From a virus (taxonomy: Duplodnaviria; Heunggongvirae; Uroviricota; Caudoviricetes), in the IMG/VR virus record IMGVR_UViG_2734482779_000009: a DNA stretch of 34,379 nt; one strand, 5' to 3'. The stretch's first letter is position 1, and the number at the start of each line of letters is the position of its first letter. The notes beneath the pieces were generated by a model. It was not told the DNA's origin and searched no databases. It saw nothing but the letters and a program-made list of their open reading frames with translations. Shown piece by piece: positions 25,986 through 34,379 of the stretch. The position numbers and the translations under genes were made by a program.

Positions 25986-26009
25986 AGGGGCTCCGGCCCC
26001 TTTCTTCTT
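25986..26009 (+). terminator. Candidate intrinsic terminator or attenuator between the tube gene region and the chaperone/tape-measure genes
   Basis: AGGGGC (25986-25991) / GCCCCT (25996-26001), loop TCCG, followed by TTTCTTCTT. Confidence 0.5.
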
Positions 26010-26077
26010 AATCTCCTTTAATATCCGTTGCGTCCACCGCCAGACATACTGCCCTGAACTTACACAGGAGCACGATC

Positions 26078-26413
26078 ATGTCACAGACCCAGCCAGATAC
26101 TTTTACGCTATCTTATCCTTTCACCACTGCTGCAGGTACCAGAATTGAACAGATTGAACTGAAACGCCTGACGGTCAAAGACCTGAAGCAGGTGCGCAAA
26201 ATCAGCAAAAACCCGGCAGACTGGGACGAACCGCTGATTGCCCGCAGTACCGGCCTTCTCCCGGAAGATCTTGACAATATGGATCTGGCTGATTACCTGC
26301 AGTTGCAGAAACGATTTCAGCTCATCACTGGGATGGGTGAGAGCAACGAAGGCGCTGACGCAGGCGCAGGGGCTGCTGGCAAGGTGGTTCAGGTTTCAGC
26401 CGGGGGAGATTGA
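26078..26413 (+). CDS. Tail assembly chaperone (lambda G / P2 E analogue)
   Basis: 111 aa; acidic; sits between tube and tape-measure genes; overlapped at its 3' end by an open alternative frame. Confidence 0.6.
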   Translation: MSQTQPDTFTLSYPFTTAAGTRIEQIELKRLTVKDLKQVRKISKNPADWDEPLIARSTGLLPEDLDNMDLADYLQLQKRFQLITGMGESNEGADAGAGAAGKVVQVSAGGD

Positions 26414-26495
26414 TGCCCTCGATACTGACGATCTGGAGATGTGGCTGGAGCAGGCTGAAGAGCAAATCAGAAGCGAGTACGGCGACAAATCGTAG
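26078..26495 (+). CDS. Putative frameshift-extended tail chaperone (GT / E+E' analogue) via a +1 or -2 shift at a G5 run
   Basis: The 0 frame (open from at least 26238 to TAG 26493-26495) overlaps the chaperone ORF; a run of five G at 26402-26406 lies just before the chaperone stop. The extension would be about 29 aa (EIDALDTDDLEMWLEQAEEQIRSEYGDKS). Confidence 0.3.
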
Positions 26496-26570
26496 CACGG
26501 ACAGCCGCCAGTGGCGGCTGTTCTGCGTTATCCCCTCACGTCTTTTCACCTTCCCCGGAGGTTAACCACT

Positions 26571-29048
26571 ATGTCGGGACAGTTTTCAGTCGGCGTTGTT
26601 ATCGGCGGGATGATTGGCAGCACATTCCGTTCTGCAATGAGCGGTACCCGCCGTGCGCTTGATTCCCTGAGCGATACCTCACGCCGCCTGCAGGAACGTC
26701 AGAACGCTTTAACCCGTGCAACAGAACGTTATGGTCAGTTGGGTTCTTCCCGGATGCAGCGTCTCAACAGCGAGCTGCTGCGGGTAAGCCGCACCATGGA
26801 GCAAATTGAACGTCAGCAGCGCCGCCTGTCAGCAGCATCAGCGACCAGTGATGCGCTGAAAGCTAACCGCATGGCGCTGTATGGTCAGGGACTTGAAGCG
26901 TATGGTATGGCACAGACTGTTTATCATACGGTTTCCCCGGCCGTTCAGCAGTCCATGTCTTTTCAGGATAAAATGATTGATATGTCGATCACCGCAAAAT
27001 ATGACAATAAAACGCGGGATGCACTTGCCGGACAGATAAAAGGCTGGGCGCTTAAATACAATCAGTATCAGGATGAGCTGCAGGAGGCGGTGGGTTCGCT
27101 CATCAGCGACAATATTGATAATGTGTCAGATATCGGTTTTCTGATGCCGGATATTGCCCGCGCGGCAACGGCAACACGCACGTCTGCTCAGGACTGGGCA
27201 AAAGTGGCCGCAGTCTGGCAAAATTCCCTGAAAGGTGCGGCCAGCGATTTTGGTGCTGTCCAGAATATTATGGCTTATGCCGGTGACCAGGGGTCATTTG
27301 AAATCCCGGATCAGGTCAAATGGATGCAGTCCCTGGCCCCAATGATGGAGGGTGTTGCCAGCGGGAAAGAGGCTGTTGCTGAAATCGGTGCCAGTCTCCA
27401 GATAGCAAAAATCGGTGCGGGCTCCACCGATGAAGCAGCCAATAACTTTAAAAACTTCCTTACCAAAATTTTTGCCCGTGATACTCAGAAACAGTTTGCT
27501 GATCTGGGTATTGATTTGCAGGGTTCTATTGCGAGTTATAAAGCTGCGGGGATCTCTCCGATTGAAGGGATGTTGAGTGTGATAGAACGTTACCTCAATG
27601 CCAAAAGCCCCGAAGCGCTGGCCGGCTTCAAATCCGCCATGAAAATAAAGAATGATACGGCAAGAGATGAGGCACTTCAGGCTCTGGCGAAAAACTTTGG
27701 TCTGGGCGATATGTTCGCGGATATGCAGGTCATGGCATTTATCCGCCCGATGCTGGCAAACATGGACAGATATCGCGAGATCCGTGCCGGTGCTCTCAGG
27801 GCAGCCGATAACGATTTGCTTGCCAGTGCGTATGATCAGCGGCTGAAATCCCCTCTTGAAGCCACCAAAGCGCTGGCAGTCAACAGTCGGGATCTGGCAA
27901 TTACGCTGGGCGATCAATTAGCCCCGTCTTTTATTTCTCTGACTCAGGAGCTGCTCCCACTCATTCAGGGGGCAAAACACTGGGTAGCGACTCACCCGCA
28001 ATTTGTCAGTGGGGCTTTTAAGCTTATCAGTGCGCTCCTTGCGATTAAGATAGCGACTATTGGTCTCAAACTGGGGCTGAATCTCCTTATTTCCCCCTTT
28101 GTAAGTGTCTGGAAAAATGCTGTTTTACTTCGGGCCAACTGGCTTCGTCTGATGCTCGCACTGGGGGAAGGCGGTAAACTCCGCTGGCTGGTGACAGGCT
28201 TTGGTGCCGTCGCCAGAGGAGCCAGAACACTGGGGGGGGTGCTCTCAGGGGGGCTGGTTCGCGGAATTATGAGCGCCGGGCGTGCCGTTCTCTGGATTGG
28301 CCGGGCGCTGATGATGAATCCCATCGGTCTCGCTATCACCGCCGTCGCGGCAGCAGCTTACCTTATCTACCGCAACTGGGGCGCGGTCAGTAGCTGGTTT
28401 AAACAGCGCTGGGCTGACATTCAGGAAGCCTTTAACGGCGGTATCGCGGGAATTGGTAAACTGCTGGTTAACTGGTCTCCGGCAGGTCTGCTTTATAAAG
28501 CCTTTGCGGCTGCGCTGAAATATCTCGGCGTTGATTTGCCGGCGAAATTCACCGACTTCGGTGGTCATCTTATTGACGGGCTGATAAATGGCATCAGAAA
28601 CAAATGGGAGTCACTGAAAACCAGCATAACCGGAATGGGTGACAGCATCAGTGACTGGTTCAGCGAAAAGCTGGGCATCCATTCACCGAGTCGCGTGTTT
28701 ATAGGCTTTGGTGACAATATCGCGCAGGGTGCCGCCATTGGCCTGCAACGGACCACTCCGCTTGCTGCACTGGCCGGGCAGCGCCTGGCCGCTGAAATGA
28801 CACCGGATGTTCCCCGTATCCCGTCGCCGGAAATCATGGCTGCCGGATATTCAGGCCGTGGTGCAACGGCAACCGGCGGTGGAGCGTCTGGCGGTATCCA
28901 GGTCAGCTTTAATCCTCAGTTTTTCCTCAATGGTAAGGAAACCGCAGCGCCTGCCGGGCTGGCTGGTGCCCTGAATATGAGCCTGCATGAGCTGGAAAAA
29001 ATGCTGGAGCGTCTGCTGGCTCAGAAACAACGTAAGGAGTACAGCTGA
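26571..29048 (+). CDS. Tail tape measure protein
   Basis: 825 aa from the ATG at 26571 (GGAGG upstream); long helical N-terminal half, hydrophobic/Gly-rich central segments. Confidence 0.8.
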   Translation: MSGQFSVGVVIGGMIGSTFRSAMSGTRRALDSLSDTSRRLQERQNALTRATERYGQLGSSRMQRLNSELLRVSRTMEQIERQQRRLSAASATSDALKANRMALYGQGLEAYGMAQTVYHTVSPAVQQSMSFQDKMIDMSITAKYDNKTRDALAGQIKGWALKYNQYQDELQEAVGSLISDNIDNVSDIGFLMPDIARAATATRTSAQDWAKVAAVWQNSLKGAASDFGAVQNIMAYAGDQGSFEIPDQVKWMQSLAPMMEGVASGKEAVAEIGASLQIAKIGAGSTDEAANNFKNFLTKIFARDTQKQFADLGIDLQGSIASYKAAGISPIEGMLSVIERYLNAKSPEALAGFKSAMKIKNDTARDEALQALAKNFGLGDMFADMQVMAFIRPMLANMDRYREIRAGALRAADNDLLASAYDQRLKSPLEATKALAVNSRDLAITLGDQLAPSFISLTQELLPLIQGAKHWVATHPQFVSGAFKLISALLAIKIATIGLKLGLNLLISPFVSVWKNAVLLRANWLRLMLALGEGGKLRWLVTGFGAVARGARTLGGVLSGGLVRGIMSAGRAVLWIGRALMMNPIGLAITAVAAAAYLIYRNWGAVSSWFKQRWADIQEAFNGGIAGIGKLLVNWSPAGLLYKAFAAALKYLGVDLPAKFTDFGGHLIDGLINGIRNKWESLKTSITGMGDSISDWFSEKLGIHSPSRVFIGFGDNIAQGAAIGLQRTTPLAALAGQRLAAEMTPDVPRIPSPEIMAAGYSGRGATATGGGASGGIQVSFNPQFFLNGKETAAPAGLAGALNMSLHELEKMLERLLAQKQRKEYS

Positions 29049-29932
29049 TGTTTGCCGTACTGGGTGATATTGAGTTTGAACTGATTACCTACTGGGACGG
29101 CTTCGAGGCCACGTTTGGCGTCGATTATGCGGAGCATGCCCGCATCGAGGGTAAACCCGGCCTGCAGTTCGTCGGCGACAGGCTGGACGAAATCCAGATA
29201 AGCCTGGTCTTCCATCAGCATTATTGTGTGCCCGACGTGGAGCTGGCGAGAGTGCGAACAGCCATGAAGGCCCATCAGGCACTGGCGCTGGTCTTCGGCA
29301 ACGGTGACTATCGCGGCTGGTTCGTGATTACCGATGTGACCGCAACCAGCGAGCAGACAGACAGCACCGGTAACGTGCTGGCTGTCAGTGCCACCGTGTC
29401 TCTCCGGGAATACACCGGTGACCCGAAAAATCCTCTGCAACCGCCGGCAATACGCAGGCAGGTTCCCGGTGCCGGGGCCGTATCTGGTGCTGTTCCATCG
29501 CCTTCCGGGGTGGCGCAGTTCGTCCGTAACGGCGTCAACTATGCGAAACAGGCGCAGTCTGTACTCCAGACCACTATCAGTGCCGTTCGGGTGGCGCAGA
29601 AAATGAAGGGTAACCCCGTTGTCGCGCTGACCCGTGTGCCGGGACTGATGAGCGGACTGGGTAATATATCCGGAGCTCTGGGGAAAAGTGTTCCGGCGTT
29701 TAATGCACTCTCTGAATCCATGCCCGATGCCATCAGTCTGGCCAGAACAGCCAGTGAGGCAGCCACGTATGTACAGCAGGCGCAGTCGGCGCTGAGTGGT
29801 GTGGACAAAAGAAATATTGCAGGTGCTCTGGATACCGTTTCCGGGCAGCTTAACGCCGCCGGCACAGCATTCAACCGCATGTCTCCGGGATTAAGTGCAA
29901 TGGCCGCCAGAATACTGACGAGGAGTGTGTGA
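29048..29932 (+). CDS. Tail/baseplate protein (P2 gpU-like N-terminal domain with C-terminal extension; related to the Mu N N-terminal region)
   Basis: 294 aa; ATGA overlap with the tape-measure stop; position between tape-measure and X/D genes. Confidence 0.55.
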   Translation: MFAVLGDIEFELITYWDGFEATFGVDYAEHARIEGKPGLQFVGDRLDEIQISLVFHQHYCVPDVELARVRTAMKAHQALALVFGNGDYRGWFVITDVTATSEQTDSTGNVLAVSATVSLREYTGDPKNPLQPPAIRRQVPGAGAVSGAVPSPSGVAQFVRNGVNYAKQAQSVLQTTISAVRVAQKMKGNPVVALTRVPGLMSGLGNISGALGKSVPAFNALSESMPDAISLARTASEAATYVQQAQSALSGVDKRNIAGALDTVSGQLNAAGTAFNRMSPGLSAMAARILTRSV

Positions 29933-30144
29933 TGTTTCTTGAACATATTACCCGTGACGGAGAGCGCTGGGATTCGCTGGCATGGCAGTACTACGGTGAC
30001 CCGCTGGGCTATCCCCGGATTATTGCAGCCAATCCGCACGTGGCCATTACGCCGGTGCTGCCCTCCGGGTTGTTGTTACTGATCCCGGTTATTGAGGCTG
30101 AAGATGCCCGTACAGAAGAGGATATTGCCCCATGGCTGAGATAA
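29932..30144 (+). CDS. Tail protein X (P2 gpX-like, LysM-like)
   Basis: 70 aa; GERWDSLAWQYYGDPLGYPRIIAANPHVAITPVLPSGLLLLIP matches the gpX/LysM-like pattern; AGGAG RBS. Confidence 0.6.
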   Translation: MFLEHITRDGERWDSLAWQYYGDPLGYPRIIAANPHVAITPVLPSGLLLLIPVIEAEDARTEEDIAPWLR

Positions 30145-31286
30145 ACAGTACTGCGCAAGCCACATCAGCGTTAACCGGCGTCAGCGATGTGCTGACGCCG
30201 GTATTCACTCTGTGGTATCTGCAGAAAAACATCACCTCTGATATCGCGCCTTATGTCACCCGTGTGGTCTGGAGCGATAACATCAAAAATGAGTCCGATA
30301 CCATTGAGGTGGAGCTGGACGACACCGATGGCCGCTGGCTGGATAAGTGGTATCCGGGCAAGGGTGACACGCTGACGCTGAAAATGGGTTATCAGGGCGA
30401 GAAACTGCTGTCCTGCGGTACATTCTCAATAGACGAGATCGAAGTGAGTTCGCCCGCGTCCGTTGTCGCTATCCGTGGGGTGGCCACCTCGGTTAACAGT
30501 GCTCTGCGGACTAAATCCAGCCGTGGTTTTGAGAACACCACGCTGGCAGCTGTTGCGGGGCGGATTGCCAGAAAGCACCGGCTGAAACTGGTGGGCAGCA
30601 TTGAGTCCATCAGAATCGACCGGGTGACCCAGTATGCTGAAACCGACGTGGGTTTTCTGCGCCGGCTGGCCAGCGAGTATGGTTATGCAGTGAAAGTGGT
30701 CAGTGACCAGTTGATTTTTTCTCATCTGGCCACACTGCGCAGTCAGGAGCCGGTCAGGCAGTTAAAACCGCAGGATGTGGCCTGCTTTTCCCTGCGTGAC
30801 ACCATCAACCGGGTCTATAAATCTGCAAAGGTAAAACACCAGAAAAGCAGCAGTAAAAAACTGATCGTCTACGAAGCTGATGGTGGTACCCGTGAAAGCG
30901 ACAAAAAGCTCAAAGGCGGTAAGGTTACCAGCGCTGACTCACTTAAAGTTAACAGCCGCGTCAGCGACCCGGACAGTGCCCGGATTAAAGCGGATTCAGC
31001 ACTGGCCAGACATAACGAATACCAGCAGAACGGCTCCCTGACGCTGACGGGAACGCCTCAACTGACAGCAGGCAACAAAATTGAACTGGTGGGCTTTGGA
31101 CAGTTATCCGGTCCATGGCTGATAATCACTGCCCGCCATGCGTTTGAGCGTAACAGCGGCTACACCACAGAGCTGGAAGTGGCACGGGGGCCAGTCACAA
31201 GAGGGAAAAAACAAAAAACTCAGAAACTCACGGTTTATCACCCGGATGGCAGTACATCGACGGTGATTAAGGAGAAGAAAAAATGA
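30132..31286 (+). CDS. Baseplate hub protein (P2 gpD-like / Mu P-like)
   Basis: 384 aa; gene order X-D-V-W-J-I. Confidence 0.7.
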   Translation: MAEINSTAQATSALTGVSDVLTPVFTLWYLQKNITSDIAPYVTRVVWSDNIKNESDTIEVELDDTDGRWLDKWYPGKGDTLTLKMGYQGEKLLSCGTFSIDEIEVSSPASVVAIRGVATSVNSALRTKSSRGFENTTLAAVAGRIARKHRLKLVGSIESIRIDRVTQYAETDVGFLRRLASEYGYAVKVVSDQLIFSHLATLRSQEPVRQLKPQDVACFSLRDTINRVYKSAKVKHQKSSSKKLIVYEADGGTRESDKKLKGGKVTSADSLKVNSRVSDPDSARIKADSALARHNEYQQNGSLTLTGTPQLTAGNKIELVGFGQLSGPWLIITARHAFERNSGYTTELEVARGPVTRGKKQKTQKLTVYHPDGSTSTVIKEKKK

Positions 31287-31810
31287 CTGGTGTCACCCGT
31301 CAGATCGGTACGGTCAGTGCCGTTGATGCCGACAGGGTTCAGGCCCGCGTTCGTCTGCCTGAATGCGATAATCTGCGCACAAACTGGCTTAACGTGCTAC
31401 AGCGCAATACCCAGGATAACAAGGATTACTGGCTCCCTGACGTGGGGGAGCAGGTTGAGGTGCTGCTCGATGCCAACGGCGAGGATGGTGTTATTCTGGG
31501 CGCGGTGTACTCAGACGTCGATAAACCGCCGTTCAGTGATAAAAACGTCCGGGGTACGAAATACGCTGATGGCGCGGAGTTCAGTTATAACCGCGCGACC
31601 CATACGCTGACGGTCAGAGGAGGTATTGAGCGTATCGTGGTGGAGGTTGCCGCTGATATCTCTCTCAAAGGGAAAAACCTCGACCTCACGGGAGTTACCA
31701 CGATCAACGGCCCCGCGACACTCAATGGTGATCTGGAAATCAACGGAAGCGCCCATGCAACGGGTAACATATTTGCTGATGGTCAGAACTCTAATCACCA
31801 TTCCCATTGA
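31283..31810 (+). CDS. Baseplate spike / assembly protein V (P2 gpV-like)
   Basis: 175 aa; RBS AAGGAGA; ends in a His-rich tail (NSNHHSH). Confidence 0.7.
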   Translation: MTGVTRQIGTVSAVDADRVQARVRLPECDNLRTNWLNVLQRNTQDNKDYWLPDVGEQVEVLLDANGEDGVILGAVYSDVDKPPFSDKNVRGTKYADGAEFSYNRATHTLTVRGGIERIVVEVAADISLKGKNLDLTGVTTINGPATLNGDLEINGSAHATGNIFADGQNSNHHSH

Positions 31811-31866
31811 ACCTTCTTAAACGCCTTTAATATCGGCGCTTACTTCCCGGGGGCAATACTGCCTCC

Positions 31867-32214
31867 ATGAAAACGACCTCAGTATTCTGGCAACCAGCTC
31901 TGCAGGCTCCCGGCGAAATCGTCCGGGGGCTGGATGATATCCGGCAGTCCATCCAGATCATCCTGCGGACTCCCCGCGGCAGCGACCCGCATCGCCCGGA
32001 GTTCGGCAGCAATCTGCACCTTTATATCGACTGGCCTGTCGACCGGGCCATTCCGCATGTGGTTCGCGAATCCGTCGATGCCATCAGGCGCTGGGAACCC
32101 CGCTGCCAGCTTATGTCGGTTAAACCCGCCGTCGACGGCGAACATCTTACGCTCCGGGTGAGCTGGAAAGGCTCAGACGGACAACCCCGTACTCAGGAAC
32201 TGCTATGGCGCTGA
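31867..32214 (+). CDS. Baseplate protein W (gp25-like)
   Basis: 115 aa; size and position between the V and J genes. Confidence 0.7.
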   Translation: MKTTSVFWQPALQAPGEIVRGLDDIRQSIQIILRTPRGSDPHRPEFGSNLHLYIDWPVDRAIPHVVRESVDAIRRWEPRCQLMSVKPAVDGEHLTLRVSWKGSDGQPRTQELLWR

Positions 32215-33308
32215 CAGAACCCGATTTTATTGAACGCGATGCCGATAAAATCACGGCAGAAATGATTGCGAAGTATGAAGAGGATACCGGAAAAACGCTG
32301 TACCCGGCACAGGCTGAACGTCTGCTGATTGACCTGTGGGCCTATCGCGAAATGCTGGTCAGGGTGGCAGTACAGGAGGCGGCGAAGCAGAATCTGGTCG
32401 CCTTTGCCCGTGAGCCGATGATTGATTATCTCGGTGAACTGGTCGGTGTATATCGCCTGGCCGCGCAGCCTGCCACCACCACGCTCCAGTTCTCCGTGGA
32501 TGAGGCGCTGGCCATTGATGTGCTGATTCCGGCAGGCACCCGTGTCAGCGCTTCCGACAGCATTATTTTCGCCACCGATACGGACGTGGTGCTGAAAGCC
32601 GGATTACTTCTGGTCAACGCCACGGCCACCTGTACCGAACCGGGAGCCGCTGGCAACGGCTGGCAACCTGCGCAGGTCAGTCAGTTGCTTGATGAGATTG
32701 ATAACGTCGACCTGCAGGTGACCAATCTGGCGGCCAGCTCTGGCGGTTCCGAGCAGGAAGACAATGACCGGCTCCGCGAGCGTATCAAACTGGCCCCGGA
32801 GTCATTCACCAACGCCGGAAGCCGTATGGCATACCGCTTTCATGCCATGCAGGCCCATCCCAACATCGTCGATGTTGCCGTGCTTTCCCCGGTTCCCGGC
32901 ACCGTAGAACTTTATCCGCTGCTCAGCACCGGCCTGCCGGACGACAGCATTCTCACCTTGGTAGAGAGTTTCTGTTCGGACGAAAAAGTCAGGCCGCTCA
33001 CTGATACCGTGCGGGCTAAAACACCTGTGCAAGTGGATTACGCCATTGAAGCCAACATCACTATTTATCGTGACCAGGATGCCAACTCGATAAAGGACAG
33101 TGCCAACAGCGCGATACAGAACTGGGTGGCGTCCCGTACCGCCACGCTGGGGCGCGATATTGTCCCCAGTCAGATTATCAGCGTGCTGTCCGTTGCCGGA
33201 GTGTATCAGGTCGAACTGGTGACACCGGCGCTGAAGGTAGTGGCAGAAAACGAATGGGCAAACTGTACGGCGATCACTCTTAACATGACCGGAGTGTCTG
33301 ATGGCTGA
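32205..33308 (+). CDS. Baseplate protein J (Baseplate_J family)
   Basis: 367 aa; conserved position. Confidence 0.75.
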   Translation: MALTEPDFIERDADKITAEMIAKYEEDTGKTLYPAQAERLLIDLWAYREMLVRVAVQEAAKQNLVAFAREPMIDYLGELVGVYRLAAQPATTTLQFSVDEALAIDVLIPAGTRVSASDSIIFATDTDVVLKAGLLLVNATATCTEPGAAGNGWQPAQVSQLLDEIDNVDLQVTNLAASSGGSEQEDNDRLRERIKLAPESFTNAGSRMAYRFHAMQAHPNIVDVAVLSPVPGTVELYPLLSTGLPDDSILTLVESFCSDEKVRPLTDTVRAKTPVQVDYAIEANITIYRDQDANSIKDSANSAIQNWVASRTATLGRDIVPSQIISVLSVAGVYQVELVTPALKVVAENEWANCTAITLNMTGVSDG

Positions 33309-33879
33309 GGTGCTACAACTCCCGCCACCGCTTGAGGGTGATATCAGTCTCAGAACGCTGGGAAGACTGGCCGGACGGCTGGATAACATCGACCTGAGCG
33401 TACTGATGGTCGGTCTCGTCGATATTGTCGACAGTTCCGCGCTGCCATGGCTTGGCGAGCAGTTCTCGCTGTTCGGCGATGGCTGGGAACTGGCGGAATC
33501 GGACGATGTACGCCGCATGCTTATCAAATCCGCTATCGAGCTACACCGCTATAAAGGAACACCGTGGTCAATCCGGGAAATTATCCGCCGTTTTGGCTTC
33601 GGCGAAGTGGATCTGATTGAAGGTACGGGGCAGATTGGCTATGACGGCAGACACACGTACAACGGGCTTTTCGTCCATGGTGATGCACAAGCCTGGGCAG
33701 TCTATCGCGTCATCCTTCAACAACCCATCACTAACGATCAGGCGGCGCTGTTACGTCAGACGCTTGCTGCCTTTGCTCCGGCTCGCTGTCATCTGGCAAG
33801 TCTGGAATATCAGTCTGTCGCCATTCGATACAACAGTACTACCCGTTATGACGGTAGTTACAACCACGGGAGCAGTTAA
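33301..33879 (+). CDS. Tail protein I (P2 gpI-like)
   Basis: 192 aa; overlaps the J stop; conserved position before the tail fibre gene. Confidence 0.65.
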   Translation: MAEVLQLPPPLEGDISLRTLGRLAGRLDNIDLSVLMVGLVDIVDSSALPWLGEQFSLFGDGWELAESDDVRRMLIKSAIELHRYKGTPWSIREIIRRFGFGEVDLIEGTGQIGYDGRHTYNGLFVHGDAQAWAVYRVILQQPITNDQAALLRQTLAAFAPARCHLASLEYQSVAIRYNSTTRYDGSYNHGSS

Positions 33880-33881
33880 TT

Positions 33882-34379
33882 ATGGCAAATCTACCCGAAA
33901 CCCCGCAGTGGGAAGACGGCATCTATCAGATTGAGGTCTCCGACCCCGTTCTGGGCGGGCCTGACGGGATTTCTAACCGTCAGGGTAAACAACTGGCCAG
34001 CCGCACGCTGTACCTGAAACAACAGGTTGAAAAAGGTGGTTCTGACCTTGCGAAACACATCGCGGCGGCAGACCCGCATACCCAGTACGCGCCGAAGGCA
34101 AGCCCAACATTCACCGGCACGCCAACAGCGCCCACGCCTGAAAATAGCGACAACAGCAAGAAACTGGCGACGACGGAGTTTGTGGCTAAAGCACTTGCGG
34201 CGCTTGCAGGCAGCGCCCCTGAGACGCTGGATACACTCAAAGAGTTGGCTGACGCCCTCGGCAACGATCCGAATTTTGCGACCACGGTACTGAACAAGCT
34301 GGCGGAGAAGCTGGCCAAAGACCAGAACGGCGCTGATATTCCTGACCCGGCGCTGTTTGTCAAAAACCTTGGTTTGGGA
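33882..34379 (+). CDS. Tail fibre protein, N-terminal part (truncated by the window end)
   Basis: ATG at 33882, open in frame to the last base (166 codons, no stop); not in the ORF track because it lacks a stop; position after gpI. Confidence 0.6.
   Translation, partial: MANLPETPQWEDGIYQIEVSDPVLGGPDGISNRQGKQLASRTLYLKQQVEKGGSDLAKHIAAADPHTQYAPKASPTFTGTPTAPTPENSDNSKKLATTEFVAKALAALAGSAPETLDTLKELADALGNDPNFATTVLNKLAEKLAKDQNGADIPDPALFVKNLGLG

Larger units (their letters stand above)
1..34379. mobile_element. Transposable Mu-like prophage (BcepMu/B3-type layout), partial; neither end identifiable in the window
   Basis: Co-occurrence of DDE transposase A, AAA+ transposition protein B, Gam, Mor, GemA-like, Mu-type terminase/portal/F/G/I/T head genes and a contractile tail module. 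Early genes on the minus strand, late genes on the plus strand. Terminal repeats and host flanks not recognised. Confidence 0.8.

Noticed and set aside
29048-29932. Calling the 294-aa protein a full Mu N DNA circulation protein
   Set aside because: It is much shorter than Mu N (~490 aa as recalled) and is followed by separate X-like and D-like genes, so a gpU-like tail protein with an extension is more defensible; exact family left open.
1-34379. CRISPR arrays, tRNA or rRNA genes
   Set aside because: No regularly spaced direct repeats, cloverleaf-like tRNA structures or rRNA-like stretches were noticed by eye; without a dedicated scan absence is not proven.
1-34379. Tyrosine or serine integrase with an att site
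   Set aside because: No ORF has integrase character; the DDE transposase A plus B ATPase indicate transposition-based integration instead.

Overview
The window is almost entirely one transposable (Mu-like) prophage with a BcepMu/B3-type layout, read from the ORF track and sequence by eye; no searches or computations were run. A leftward early operon (about 9915 down to 890) encodes Ner-like and winged-helix regulators, a DUF3102-like protein, DDE transposase A, AAA+ transposition protein B, a Gam nuclease inhibitor, a MazG-like pyrophosphohydrolase, several small proteins, a GemA-like protein and Mor. A rightward XRE-type repressor (9997..10350) faces it across a palindromic operator. A rightward late operon (12889 to window end) encodes a lysis cassette (holin-like protein, signal/SAR lytic transglycosylase, Rz with embedded Rz1), Mu-type head genes and a P2/Mu-type contractile tail, ending in a truncated tail fibre gene. 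No tRNA, rRNA, CRISPR array or tyrosine/serine integrase was seen. The best candidates for undescribed cargo are two accessory loci: a leftward cluster between repressor and lysis genes (Dam methyltransferase, a 71-aa protein, and a 247-aa protein with an N-terminal Walker A motif), and a left-end pair beyond a terminator after mor (a 207-aa membrane protein and a 77-aa protein). Family assignments rest on remembered motifs and are provisional.
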